A program made the translations under genes and the position numbers. 64,000 bases of DNA, taken from contig JAYUEE010000011.1 of assembly GCA_043739405.1 (NCBI GenBank), positions 36,708-100,707 on the forward strand, written 5' to 3'. This document shows, piece after piece, positions 49,631 to 59,917 of this stretch. This stretch comes from Mucilaginibacter sp. Its GTDB lineage: Bacteria; Bacteroidota; Bacteroidia; Sphingobacteriales; Sphingobacteriaceae. Each line of letters starts with the position of its first letter. The first letter of the stretch is position 1. A model generated the notes under the pieces. It worked only from the letters and a program-made list of their open reading frames with translations. It searched no databases and was not told the DNA's origin.

Positions 49631-49669
49631 AGTATCAAGTATCAGGACTTTGTCTTGCTACTTGATACT
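49631..49669 (-). other. Intercistronic stem-loop between atpA and atpG
   Basis: AGTATCAAGTATCAGGAC / GTCTTGCTACTTGATACT. Of 18 positions, 16 are Watson-Crick, 1 is G-T and 1 is a mismatch. The loop is TTT and no U-run follows. Confidence 0.6.
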
Positions 49670-49685
49670 TGCTACTAAGTACTAA

Positions 49686-51260
49686 TTAATATTTACCCGA
49701 CAGTTCTTTAGCCACTGTTTCCAGTACGCCTGTAATTTCATCATCCAGTTTACCTGCTTTTAAAGCGGCCAGTATTTTAGGGTGACGCATTTCTAACTGC
49801 GAGGTATATTCGATTTCAAATTCTTTGATCTTGTTGATAGGCACGTTACGCATAAGGTTCTTCGTACCCGCGTAAACGATTGCCACCTGCTTTTCAACCG
49901 TTACCGGCGAATATTGGCCTTGTTTCAATATCTCAACGTTACGTGCACCTTTATCAATTACGTTCTTGGTAGCAGCATCAAGGTCAGAACCGAATTTGGA
50001 GAAAGCTTCCAGTTCGCGGAACTGCGCCTGGTCCAATTTCAAAGTACCGGCAACTTTCTTCATCGATTTGATCTGCGCGTTACCACCTACACGTGATACC
50101 GAAATACCCACGTTGATAGCCGGACGCACACCTGCGTTGAATAAGTTTGACTCAAGGAATATCTGTCCGTCGGTAATCGAAATTACGTTGGTTGGGATAT
50201 ACGCTGATACGTCACCGGCTTGTGTTTCAATGATAGGCAATGCAGTTAATGAACCGCCGCCTTTTACAATGCTCCTGATCGATTCAGGTAAATCATTCAT
50301 CGACTTAGCGATCTCATCGTTCTGGCTGATCTTAGCAGCACGCTCTAACAAACGGCTGTGCAGGTAAAATACGTCACCTGGATAAGCCTCGCGGCCCGGT
50401 GGACGACGTAACAATAACGACACTTCGCGGTAAGCAACAGCCTGTTTTGACAAGTCATCATAGATGATCAAAGCAGGGCGACCCGTATCACGGAAGTACT
50501 CGCCGATTGCAGCACCTGCAAATGGCGCAAAGAACTGCATTGGCGCAGGGTCAGCCGCGCTGGCGGTTACTACAATGGTATAAGCCATAGCGCCATTTTC
50601 TTCAAGCGTACGAACGATGTTCGCAACAGTTGAAGCCTTTTGGCCGCAAGCTACATATATACATATTACCGGTTCGCCGGCAGCATAAAATTCTTTTTGA
50701 TTGATAATGGTATCGATACAAACGGCAGTTTTACCTGTTTGGCGGTCGCCAATTACGAGCTCACGTTGTCCGCGACCGATAGGGATCATCGCATCGATTG
50801 CTTTGATACCAGTTTGTAATGGCTCGGTTACCGGTTGACGATAAATTACACCAGGAGCTTTGCGCTCAAGCGGCATTTCGTAAACTTTGCCGGTGATAGG
50901 GCCCTTACCATCAATTGGCGCACCCAAAGTGTTAACCACGCGGCCAAGCATTCCTTCGCCAACGTTGATGGAAGCAATTTTTTGCGTACGTTTAATCGTA
51001 TCGCCTTCCTTTACGCCATCAGACTGGCCAAGCAATACGATACCAACGTTATCTTCTTCCAGGTTAAGTACAATACCCTGTAACCCTTTTGAGAATTCAA
51101 CCAGCTCTCCTGATTGAACTTTTGTTAGTCCGTAAGCACGGGCAATACCGTCGCCCACCTGTAATACAGTACCTACTTCTTCTAATTCAGATTCCGACTT
51201 GAAGCCCGATAATTGCTGGCGCAAAATTGCTGATACTTCGTCTGGTCTAACCTCTACCAT
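49686..51260 (-). CDS. atpA: F0F1 ATP synthase subunit alpha
   Basis: 524 aa with Walker A GDRQTGKT, plus the typical [21 protein letters not shown]. Confidence 0.95.
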   Translation of the reverse strand: MVEVRPDEVSAILRQQLSGFKSESELEEVGTVLQVGDGIARAYGLTKVQSGELVEFSKGLQGIVLNLEEDNVGIVLLGQSDGVKEGDTIKRTQKIASINVGEGMLGRVVNTLGAPIDGKGPITGKVYEMPLERKAPGVIYRQPVTEPLQTGIKAIDAMIPIGRGQRELVIGDRQTGKTAVCIDTIINQKEFYAAGEPVICIYVACGQKASTVANIVRTLEENGAMAYTIVVTASAADPAPMQFFAPFAGAAIGEYFRDTGRPALIIYDDLSKQAVAYREVSLLLRRPPGREAYPGDVFYLHSRLLERAAKISQNDEIAKSMNDLPESIRSIVKGGGSLTALPIIETQAGDVSAYIPTNVISITDGQIFLESNLFNAGVRPAINVGISVSRVGGNAQIKSMKKVAGTLKLDQAQFRELEAFSKFGSDLDAATKNVIDKGARNVEILKQGQYSPVTVEKQVAIVYAGTKNLMRNVPINKIKEFEIEYTSQLEMRHPKILAALKAGKLDDEITGVLETVAKELSGKY

Positions 51261-51298
51261 TTTTTATCTATTTAGAGTTTTGTTATTAATTTATTGAT

Positions 51299-51838
51299 TT
51301 ACGCGTGAGCAAAATCGTTTTGTAATCTTCTTAAACTGCTGGATATACTGGTATCTACCTGCCTGTCACCAATGGTAAGTACAAAACCTCCTATCAATTC
51401 CTTGTCTACCTTAGTGTGCAGTTCGATCTTTCCACCGGTTGCTGCTTCCAACTCAGCTTTTATGGTCTTTTTATTTCCCTCAGACAATGGCGCTGCCGAG
51501 GTTACATAAGCCCTGGAAATATGTTTGATGATATTGTACTGGTTGATGAACTCCGTAGAGGTAGCGTATAAAATGCCAGCCCTGCTTTTATTGACCATTA
51601 TCTTAAAAAAGGAGTTGGTCATTTTATTGATCTTGCTTCCAAAAATAGCTTCCAGTATCCTGATCTTACGGGCATGGCCAATAATAGGGTTAGCTAATAC
51701 CGCCTGAAGCTCATGATTGGCCCTTACGGTTTGCGAAAAAAGCTCCATATCTTTCTTGATCTCCTCGAGGGACTTCTGTTCCTCTGCAAGATCAATGATT
51801 GACTTGGCGTACCTGGTTGCAACTGTTAATTCAGACAT
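51299..51838 (-). CDS. atpH: F0F1 ATP synthase subunit delta
   Basis: 179 aa. It sits between atpF and atpA and has the OSCP-like pattern RYAKSIIDLA...GGFVLTIGDRQVDTSI. Confidence 0.85.
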   Translation of the reverse strand: MSELTVATRYAKSIIDLAEEQKSLEEIKKDMELFSQTVRANHELQAVLANPIIGHARKIRILEAIFGSKINKMTNSFFKIMVNKSRAGILYATSTEFINQYNIIKHISRAYVTSAAPLSEGNKKTIKAELEAATGGKIELHTKVDKELIGGFVLTIGDRQVDTSISSSLRRLQNDFAHA

Positions 51839-51848
51839 ATCTTTTCAA

Positions 51849-51907
51849 GTTGTGAGTGATGGGTTGTGAGTGATGATACTCAAAACTTATAACTCAATAC
51901 TCATAAC
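51849..51907. other. Word-like imperfect hairpin between atpF and atpH (direct 13-mer GTTGTGAGTGATG x2 forms the left arm)
   Basis: Hand pairing gives 28 stem positions on the + strand: 20 Watson-Crick, 5 G-T and 3 mismatches. The G-T pairs become C-A mismatches on the mRNA (-) strand. Confidence 0.5.
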
Positions 51908-52401
51908 TATTTTAAATTCACTTCCTTTAAAAGATCCGTTACTAATTGGTCTTGTTTCTTTTGATCTTCAAATTGCTTGCGCAATATTTTTTCGGCGATC
52001 TCTATCGATAAAGTTGCTACCTGGTTTTTTACGTCGGCCATAGCAATAGCTTTCTGATTATCAATTTCAATACGTGCGATTTCAATCATACGCGCGCCTT
52101 CAGTTTGAGCTGAAGTTTTGGCTTCATTTATAATATTATCCTTCATCTGGCGTGCCTCGCGTAAAATCAGATCGCGTTCAATGCGAGCCTGTTTAAGCAG
52201 CTCGTCATTTTCGCTGGTCAGGCGTGCCATTTCATCTTTGGCCGCTTCAGCCATAGAAAGTGCACTTTCAATTGATTTTTCGCGTTCGCTGATAGCAGCT
52301 AATATCGGCTTCCAGGCAAATTTGCCTAACAGGAATATTAATATTGCAAAGCAGACCGTTGTCCAGAAAACCAATCCAATATTAGGAGTAACCAAATCCA
52401 T
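51907..52401 (-). CDS. atpF: F0F1 ATP synthase subunit b
   Basis: 164 aa with one N-terminal TM segment and a long charged helix. Operon position supports the call. Confidence 0.85.
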   Translation of the reverse strand: MDLVTPNIGLVFWTTVCFAILIFLLGKFAWKPILAAISEREKSIESALSMAEAAKDEMARLTSENDELLKQARIERDLILREARQMKDNIINEAKTSAQTEGARMIEIARIEIDNQKAIAMADVKNQVATLSIEIAEKILRKQFEDQKKQDQLVTDLLKEVNLK

Positions 52402-52478
52402 ATTCTAAGTATTTATTAATTAAGTAATCAATTTTTAAAATAGCCCGGTGCCAATCGCACCGGGTTATTTTTTGTTCC

Positions 52479-52733
<255 letters not shown>

Positions 52734-52775
52734 TTAAATTTAACTTGTATATATTAATAGATAATTAATTCGAAA

Positions 52776-53852
52776 TTAATGATGCTCCTCAATAGCCATC
52801 CCAATGAACAGCGCCGAAAGCAATGTAAAAATGTAAGCCTGTAGGAATGCCACCAGCAATTCAATCGCATCCATAAATACAACGAAAACAACTGAAACCG
52901 GCGACACCCAAATTGTATTTAAAATAAATATCAGGGATATCAGGCTTAATATCAAAATGTGCCCCGCGGTAATGTTGGCAAATAAACGAATCATCAAAGC
53001 GATGGGCTTTGAGAATATGCCTACAAGCTCGACTGGTATCATGATGATGAACAACCACCATGGATTGGGTACAAATATGTGTTTCCAGTAATATTTATTA
53101 CCATTCAGGTTCACCACAAAAAAGATCGTGATCGACAATACTGCTGTTACAGCAATATTACCCGTAAGGTTAAAGCCACCCGGAAAAATAGGAATCATCC
53201 CCAGCAGGTTATTGAGCAGTATAAAAAAGAAGACCGTGAGCAGCAAAGGCATAAACCTTGCATATTTAATACCCATGTTGGGGATGGCGATGTCATCACG
53301 TACAAACATAATAAGAGGCTCAAGGAACGATTGCAAACCTTTGGGGGCCTTGCCCTCGCGCTTTTTGTAAGACGATGCGATACTAAAAAACACGATGAGT
53401 AAAACACTCATCGACATAAACATACTTATTACGTTACGGGTGATGGAAAAGTCCCAAACCTTTTTGCTCGCCGCTTCGTCAACATTGCCCGATGCATCAA
53501 CCACCACGATCTTGTTCTCTGCCAATTTATAGCTGTGGTACGCGCCCTGGTATATACCTTTATCTTTTATAGTATCTTCAGTCGTCACTTTGGCCGATGA
53601 AAATATTTCAAGGCCCTTATCGGTATAAAGTATAATCGGCAGTGGAATATGCTTTTCTTTTACAAAAGGGAAAGCGAATGGCCAGGAGTGCGAATCACTG
53701 ATGTGTTCGAGGATAGTTTTCTTGGCGTCAAACTTGTTTTCTTTGCTTTCCTGCGCCGAAACTTGTTTTGGAAACAGCCCTGCGGCTAAAAAAAACGCGC
53801 AAATTAAGAGAATGTTAAAAAAATTTGATTTCAAAATCGAGCCGCTTGCCAT
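52776..53852 (-). CDS. atpB: F0F1 ATP synthase subunit a (with the long N-terminal extension usual in Bacteroidota)
   Basis: 358 aa. The C-terminal half carries LMIRLFANITAGHIL (the essential Arg context). Confidence 0.9.
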   Translation of the reverse strand: MASGSILKSNFFNILLICAFFLAAGLFPKQVSAQESKENKFDAKKTILEHISDSHSWPFAFPFVKEKHIPLPIILYTDKGLEIFSSAKVTTEDTIKDKGIYQGAYHSYKLAENKIVVVDASGNVDEAASKKVWDFSITRNVISMFMSMSVLLIVFFSIASSYKKREGKAPKGLQSFLEPLIMFVRDDIAIPNMGIKYARFMPLLLTVFFFILLNNLLGMIPIFPGGFNLTGNIAVTAVLSITIFFVVNLNGNKYYWKHIFVPNPWWLFIIMIPVELVGIFSKPIALMIRLFANITAGHILILSLISLIFILNTIWVSPVSVVFVVFMDAIELLVAFLQAYIFTLLSALFIGMAIEEHH

Positions 53853-53867
53853 CTATAATGAAGTTTT

Positions 53868-54254
53868 CTACCTTAAATTTTTGTGCCGCAAGTTACGTAA
53901 CAGAAGATAAACTTCAAAGGCCATATTTAAGAAATATATATAAATAAAATCGCCTATAAAAACGTTCTTACCGACCTTGTTTTTCATCAGAAAAACCACG
54001 ATAAAAATCATACAAGCCAATATTTTTACTGTTGTACCGGCAAGGAAAGCGGCCGCGTAATAATCAGCATTCTTGAGCTGCACAAAAAGAATTGCCCCTA
54101 CAACCAAAAAAGTAAGGCCCGAAATATAGAAAAACAGCAGCCAAAACTTAGGCGTCAGGAACTCTGCGTAACCGTTATACTGCAAAATGATGGGTGGTAT
54201 AGCAAGCAATAGAACGAAGACAATATAAGACAGTATGGAAGGAAAAACTTTCAT
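53868..54254 (-). CDS. Hypothetical 4-TM membrane protein at the head of the atp operon (AtpI-like position)
   Basis: 128 aa and entirely hydrophobic. The gap to atpB is 15 nt. No family name recognised with certainty. Confidence 0.5.
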   Translation of the reverse strand: MKVFPSILSYIVFVLLLAIPPIILQYNGYAEFLTPKFWLLFFYISGLTFLVVGAILFVQLKNADYYAAAFLAGTTVKILACMIFIVVFLMKNKVGKNVFIGDFIYIYFLNMAFEVYLLLRNLRHKNLR

Positions 54255-54268
54255 TTAATTTTAATTAA

Positions 54269-54303
54269 GATTACGCCGATTCTATTTTAGTGATTGCACT
54301 GAT
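54269..54303. repeat. Direct repeat pair GATTACGCCGAT / GATTGCACTGAT (23-nt period)
   Basis: Located at 54269-54280 and 54292-54303, separated by TCTATTTTAGT. The word family and AT-rich spacer match 47407-47438. Confidence 0.6.
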
Positions 54304-54352
54304 CAGGTATTTTACTTTGGACTTTTAGCTTTATGCCTTCCACCTAAAAAGA

Positions 54353-54583
54353 TTATTTTTTCAAAGATACAATTACTATATATATGGACGCAATAACCCC
54401 GACAAGAGAGAGTATTGCAGTTACCCACCTAACGGTGTGATGTGCTGATTCATCGATCTTATAGCCCGCAAAAGTAAACAGGCCAATGACGGCAATCATC
54501 TGGAAGCCCATGCTCCCGTACTTTGCATAGGCATTTACCTGCTCGCTGTCGTTTTCATCCTGTTCATTTTTAGCCATGTGCAA
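54353..54583 (-). CDS. AtpZ/AtpI family small membrane protein
   Basis: 76 aa (or 74 from the second Met). A charged N-terminus is followed by two TM helices, YAKYGSMGFQMIAVIGLFTFAGYKID. It is the first gene of the atp run. Confidence 0.6.
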   Translation of the reverse strand: MHMAKNEQDENDSEQVNAYAKYGSMGFQMIAVIGLFTFAGYKIDESAHHTVRWVTAILSLVGVIASIYIVIVSLKK

Positions 54584-54648
54584 ATTTATTAATCCTATTG
54601 CATACTATTTAGTAAATTAGCGAGGCTTTTATAAACTGTTGTTTTACA

Positions 54649-57552
54649 TTGGGGCGCATCTCTAAAATTTCTGTCTTTAGACGAATATACTTCCTGGTTT
54701 TTGTGCTGCTGGTGGCGGGGTGTTCGCTCGAAAAGAAAACTGCCGTTAATCGTGCCCTGCAAAACTTAACTGCGCATTACAATATTCTTTTTAATGCCAA
54801 TGAACTATTGAGGCAAAAGCAGGATAGCTATGCATTGTCCTTTGTCGACTCGTACAACGAGATTCTCAGTGTCTACCAGGATACGACGACTCAGTCTAAA
54901 ACCGCCGATAAGGAACTGGAAGAAGTTAAAATTAAAGGCGGGAAGATCATCAACATTAAGGAACAAAGCCACTACCTGGGCGATGCTTACCTGGTGTTGG
55001 GTAAGGCCAATTATCTCGAGGGCGATTATTTCCAGGCTGTGGAGTACTTTAGTTATGTGATACGGTCGTTCCCAAACCAAACTAAGCTCACTGAAGAAGC
55101 CCTGGTTTGGAAGGCCCGGACGATGATCCATTTAAACCAGCTTCCCCAGGCAAAACTGGTTGTGGACTCAGCCATACAAAATATTAGCAAAAAAACTAAA
55201 AAAAGCATTATTGCCGATGCTTATGCTACCAAATTGCAATACGATATTGATGTTCAGAACTATGAAGAGGGTGAGGAAATGGCCAAACAGGCGGTACATT
55301 ACGCACGTGATAAAAGTCAACGCCTTCGATGGACATTTATTATGGGTCAATTACAGGAGCTAAACAATAAACCCGGCGATGCATATAAAAGCTATTCGCG
55401 CATTGTAAACAGTAACGCGCTTTTCGAAATGGCTTTCAATGCCAATTTGAATCGTATCAGGATACAGGATAATCAAAATGGATCTAAAGTAGACCGCATT
55501 GCCTTGCTGAAGAGTTTGATAAAGAATGCAAACAACAAGGATTTCATCGACCAGATATATTACCAAATAGCCGAACTTAATTATACGGATAAGAATATCA
55601 ATGAGGCTATTAAAAATTACCGTCTTTCTGTTCGCTACAGCCGCAAAAATCAAAACCAAAAAGGTTTATCGTACCTACGGCTTGCTGACATCTTTTTTAA
55701 AGATAAGGCTGATTATATAAGCGCCAAAAAATACTATGACAGCACCTTGTTTAGCTTGTCACCAGGCTATCCAGGCTACCCGGGTATAAAAAAGAAAAGT
55801 GACAACCTACAGCTTCTTGCCGATAGGTATGGCATCATAGCAAGGGAAGACACCTTGCAAATGTTGGCTAAGCTGGATGATAAGGCACGCACAGCTAAAA
55901 TTGATGCGATGGTAAATGCCGAGATTTTAAAACAACAGGCGCAAACAGCCTATGTCGATAATTCAAACAGTTCGGTCGGCAATGGCCCGGGAGCAGTCAG
56001 CCCAGGTAGTAGTTTTTACTTTTATAATTCAAACGCTATAAGCCAGGGATTCAACGATTTTAAACGACGCTGGGGCAATCGGAAACTGGAAGATAATTGG
56101 CGCCGGAGCAATAGGGCCAGCAGCGATATTACCAGCAGTAGCTCGCAAACTATTGACCCGGATGCCCCGGTTGACCAGGCCGCCAAAGGCAAAAATGCAA
56201 GCACTGCCGGTGATTATCGCAAACAGCTTATCACAAATTTGCCGCTTACACCTGATTTGCTGGACAAGTCAAACACGCGCATTTATAACGCCTATTTTGA
56301 CATTGCGAATTTTTACCGGGATGTTTTAGGCGATAAAAAAGAAGCTATTGCTATTTATGAACTATTATTAAGCCGTTTCCCCGATTCGCCTGACAAGCCA
56401 GCATTATACTATAACCTTTACAGGTTGTATGCCGATGATAACCCTACGAAATCAGAACAATACAAAAACATGCTGCTTAAGGGCTACCCGGATACGCCTT
56501 TTGCCAAAATAATTATTGACCCCGAATATGGTAAAAAATTGAATGACGCCGATGCAGAATTGACTGGCTTATATAACCAGGTTTATGATGCCTATGCAGG
56601 CAAGGATTATAAAAATGCCATTACGTTAATTGATGCCTTGCAAAAACAGCGCCCCGATAATAAATGGGCCGCGCAGCTTGTTTATCTAAAAGTAATATCA
56701 GAGGGGCACCTGGAAAAATTTAACCCTTTCAGGGACAGCCTGGCTAAACTGGTTGCCAAATATCCTAACGACCGTTTAATAACACCTCTCGTAAAACAGC
56801 ATATCGCCTACCTTGATGCGCATAAAAGCGCATTGATGCCCCGCCCGTTTGTACTTACGGACAAAGACCCCAATGAAGAGCCGTTTATACCGGCGGTGGT
56901 AGCAGCAGATAAAGCTACGGCAAGTTATAATGCATTCGCCGACCAGCAACAGAAAGCATTTAAACAAGCAGAAGCGGATAAACAAGCCGCGGCGGCAAAA
57001 TTGGCAAAACAGAATTCGGCAACAAATCAACCCGCGGTGAGTCCGCCACCGGTTGATAAATCAACAGTTTTTCAACCGGTTATAAAACAATTGGATACTA
57101 CGAGTCATGTTGTGACTAATCCCGCAAAGACCGATTCCATTGCAAACAATAAAGCTGTAAATAATCCGCCCAAGCGTGAAGTGCCTTCTATATTTTCGAT
57201 GCGCGACAGTACAAACTATTATTTTGTAATTAATGTAGGAAGTACCACTACCGACTTGGCATCTTCCCGTTTCGGTATCGGGCAATTTAATCGTGCTAAT
57301 TTTGAAAACAGCACAATAAAACACCAGCTAGTAGGCGTTGGTGATGATAACCAGCTTATTTATGTGGGAAGGTTCTACAGCATCGGTGCGGTAAAGGATT
57401 ATGCGAAAGCTATAATTCCGTTACTGCCTGACATTATGAAAGTGCCGAAGAATTTGTACGGATTTTTTATCATAACCAAAGAGAATTTAGATAAATTGAA
57501 AAATAAAACCATGCTGGATAGTTACATGGAATATTATCAAAACAACTATTGA
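54649..57552 (+). CDS. porW: TPR-repeat lipoprotein, probable T9SS component PorW/SprE
   Basis: 967 aa with a TTG start and lipobox LVAGC. CSLEKKTAVNRALQNLTAHYNILFNANE resembles the PorW/SprE N-terminus as I remember it. There are many TPR-like Y/A-rich repeats and a low-complexity Q/A/P linker. Confidence 0.55.
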   Translation: MGRISKISVFRRIYFLVFVLLVAGCSLEKKTAVNRALQNLTAHYNILFNANELLRQKQDSYALSFVDSYNEILSVYQDTTTQSKTADKELEEVKIKGGKIINIKEQSHYLGDAYLVLGKANYLEGDYFQAVEYFSYVIRSFPNQTKLTEEALVWKARTMIHLNQLPQAKLVVDSAIQNISKKTKKSIIADAYATKLQYDIDVQNYEEGEEMAKQAVHYARDKSQRLRWTFIMGQLQELNNKPGDAYKSYSRIVNSNALFEMAFNANLNRIRIQDNQNGSKVDRIALLKSLIKNANNKDFIDQIYYQIAELNYTDKNINEAIKNYRLSVRYSRKNQNQKGLSYLRLADIFFKDKADYISAKKYYDSTLFSLSPGYPGYPGIKKKSDNLQLLADRYGIIAREDTLQMLAKLDDKARTAKIDAMVNAEILKQQAQTAYVDNSNSSVGNGPGAVSPGSSFYFYNSNAISQGFNDFKRRWGNRKLEDNWRRSNRASSDITSSSSQTIDPDAPVDQAAKGKNASTAGDYRKQLITNLPLTPDLLDKSNTRIYNAYFDIANFYRDVLGDKKEAIAIYELLLSRFPDSPDKPALYYNLYRLYADDNPTKSEQYKNMLLKGYPDTPFAKIIIDPEYGKKLNDADAELTGLYNQVYDAYAGKDYKNAITLIDALQKQRPDNKWAAQLVYLKVISEGHLEKFNPFRDSLAKLVAKYPNDRLITPLVKQHIAYLDAHKSALMPRPFVLTDKDPNEEPFIPAVVAADKATASYNAFADQQQKAFKQAEADKQAAAAKLAKQNSATNQPAVSPPPVDKSTVFQPVIKQLDTTSHVVTNPAKTDSIANNKAVNNPPKREVPSIFSMRDSTNYYFVINVGSTTTDLASSRFGIGQFNRANFENSTIKHQLVGVGDDNQLIYVGRFYSIGAVKDYAKAIIPLLPDIMKVPKNLYGFFIITKENLDKLKNKTMLDSYMEYYQNNY

Positions 57553-57588
57553 AATACCTACTATTGAAAAATATTAAGCATCAAAAAG

Positions 57589-59841
57589 ATGGTCACTAAA
57601 TTAACACCACAAGATATCAGGAGATATAATGGATACATCTGGAAATTTTTCGGAGGCTGTTTTGCGCTATTAGTATTAATGATCGCCGCCACTTTTTTGG
57701 GGGTATTCGGCGAACTGCCCCCATTCCGCGACCTCGAAAACCCTAAAAGCAACCAGGCAACGGAAGTTATATCATCTGATAAACAGGTTTTGGGTACCTA
57801 CTATGTAGAAAACCGGTCTAGCGTAACTTATAAGGAGATATCGCCAAACGTAATCAATGCCCTGGTAGCCACCGAGGATGAACGTTTTTACGAACATTCA
57901 GGGATCGATTTCAGAAGGCAATTCAGCATCATTTTCCTAAACATCTTTAAGTCGCAGGGAGGCAGCACTATTACCCAGCAACTGGCTAAAAATCTGTTTA
58001 CCGTGCAACCTTCTCATAACAAAATTGTACGTATAACCCAAAAGTTCAAGGAGTGGATAACCGCTGTGCAATTAGAGCGCCGCTATACCAAGCAGGAGAT
58101 CGTCACCATGTATTTGAATACGGTCAATTTTGGCGCTTACAATACCTTTGGCATCAAATCGGCCGCGCGCACCTATTTCAGTACCACACCGGATAAATTG
58201 ACACCCGACCAGGCTGCGTTATTAGTGGCGATGGTGAATGCCCCAAGTAAATACAATCCAATTAATCATCCGGACAAAGCACTGGCCCGCCGTAATAATG
58301 TGGTGCTTCCGCTAATGGCAAAACGGGGATATCTGAGCGATGGTCAATTGGCCGAGTTTAAAGCTAAGCCATTGGGGTTGGATTTTAACCCGATAACGCA
58401 TAACGACGGGCCGGCACCTTATTTCAGGGCGGTACTTAAAAGAGAGGTTCAGAAAATATTCCAGGACGAATCTATAACAAGGGCCGATGGCTCTGCTTAC
58501 GACCTGGACAGGGACGGGTTAAAAATATATACTACCATTAATGCAACGATGCAGGAGTATGCCGAAGAGGCACAGGCTGAATATATGCGCCAGTTACAGG
58601 TAGTATTTAATAACCACTGGAAGGGTTATAGCCTGTATAAAAGCATCAAAAATTTCAAGCTGCTGATAAGCGAGGGTATGCATCGTTCTGATCGTTATAA
58701 GTCTGACACCCTGCAGGGGATGACACAGGAACAGATCAAAAAGGATTTTAATACACCTACTGAAGTAGACCTGTTTACCTGGAAGGGTGATACCACCATG
58801 ACCATGAAACCAATAGACTCTATTGTTTATTCAAAATTGCTGCTGCGGAATTCGTTAATGAGCATGGACCCCACTACGGGCTACATAAAAGCGTGGGTGG
58901 GTGGTATCAGCTTCGAACATTTTAAATACGACCAGGTTAAAGTGGGCGCCCGACAGGTTGGATCAACTGCCAAGCCATTTACGTATGCCGTGGCTATTGA
59001 TAACGGGTTTTCGCCCTGCATGAAAGTGAATAATGTACCCGTTACTATAGAAATGCCGGGTTCGCCATCATGGACACCAAGGCAATCGTTATCAGACCTC
59101 CAACCCGGGGAGATAACACTGAGGACAGCACTATCCTATTCCCAAAACTGGGTGACAGCCTATGTAATGAAAGAAGTAGGCCCGGTATTAGTAATGAACC
59201 AGATCAAAAAAATGGGTATTACTACCGCTGTTCCGCCTTACCCATCAATTTGCCTGGGTGTGTTTGATGCCTCTGTTTACGATATGTGTGGTGCTTATTC
59301 GGCATTTGCCAATCACGGTGTATGGACCGAGCCTACTTTTATACTTCGGATAGAGGACAGAAAAGGCAATGTGCTTTACACACACAAACCCAGGATCGTA
59401 CAGGCTTTGAACGAGCAGACCGCATACGTGATGACTGACATGATGAAGGGCGTAATACAGAATGGAACCGGCTCGAGACTGATGTACCGGTATGGTATCA
59501 GGAACCCGGTAGCGGGTAAAACAGGAACTCCGCAGGATAACTCAGATGGTTGGTTCATTGGGATGGTGCCGCAATTAGTTACGGGCGTTTGGACAGGGTG
59601 CGAAGACCCTGATATCCATTTTCGTTCGACCTCGCTTGGTGAGGGGGCCAACTCTGCCTTACCTATATTTGCACTATATATGAAAAAGGTGTATGCCAAC
59701 CAAGAGTTAGGTATCAAAAAGAATGTTGATTTCGACCTGCCAAAGGCGCCGCTGACTATTACGATCGACTGTAGTGCTTACGATCAGAAAGCACAAGGCA
59801 CTCCTCCTGCAACAGACGTGGATAAGAAGCTTGGGTTTTGA
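57589..59841 (+). CDS. mrcA: Penicillin-binding protein 1A (bifunctional glycosyltransferase/transpeptidase)
   Basis: 750 aa. GT51 motifs EDERFYEHSGID and GGSTITQQLAKN. Transpeptidase motifs STAKP, SQN and KTGT. Confidence 0.9.
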   Translation: MVTKLTPQDIRRYNGYIWKFFGGCFALLVLMIAATFLGVFGELPPFRDLENPKSNQATEVISSDKQVLGTYYVENRSSVTYKEISPNVINALVATEDERFYEHSGIDFRRQFSIIFLNIFKSQGGSTITQQLAKNLFTVQPSHNKIVRITQKFKEWITAVQLERRYTKQEIVTMYLNTVNFGAYNTFGIKSAARTYFSTTPDKLTPDQAALLVAMVNAPSKYNPINHPDKALARRNNVVLPLMAKRGYLSDGQLAEFKAKPLGLDFNPITHNDGPAPYFRAVLKREVQKIFQDESITRADGSAYDLDRDGLKIYTTINATMQEYAEEAQAEYMRQLQVVFNNHWKGYSLYKSIKNFKLLISEGMHRSDRYKSDTLQGMTQEQIKKDFNTPTEVDLFTWKGDTTMTMKPIDSIVYSKLLLRNSLMSMDPTTGYIKAWVGGISFEHFKYDQVKVGARQVGSTAKPFTYAVAIDNGFSPCMKVNNVPVTIEMPGSPSWTPRQSLSDLQPGEITLRTALSYSQNWVTAYVMKEVGPVLVMNQIKKMGITTAVPPYPSICLGVFDASVYDMCGAYSAFANHGVWTEPTFILRIEDRKGNVLYTHKPRIVQALNEQTAYVMTDMMKGVIQNGTGSRLMYRYGIRNPVAGKTGTPQDNSDGWFIGMVPQLVTGVWTGCEDPDIHFRSTSLGEGANSALPIFALYMKKVYANQELGIKKNVDFDLPKAPLTITIDCSAYDQKAQGTPPATDVDKKLGF

Positions 59842-59845
59842 GAAC

Positions 59846-59876
59846 GAAGTCTGAAGTCCGAAGTCTGAAGTCTGAA
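59846..59876. repeat. Heptamer tandem repeat GAAGTCT/GAAGTCC x4.4, followed by GACTAAA x2-3 (59879-59913)
   Basis: Direct reading of the PBP1A-uvrC spacer. Confidence 0.85.
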
Positions 59877-59917
59877 ACGACTAAAGACTAAAGACCCTGA
59901 ACTTAAGACTAAAAAGA

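Noticed and set aside
52861-53407. Four ORFs (66-107 aa, both strands) inside atpB.
   Set aside because: They are nested in the subunit a frame, which carries the conserved Arg motif. They are frame shadows of a hydrophobic, codon-biased gene.
59846-59913. A CRISPR-like appearance of the short repeats between PBP1A and uvrC.
   Set aside because: The units are only 7 nt and contiguous, with no spacers. There are no cas genes. This is a simple tandem repeat.
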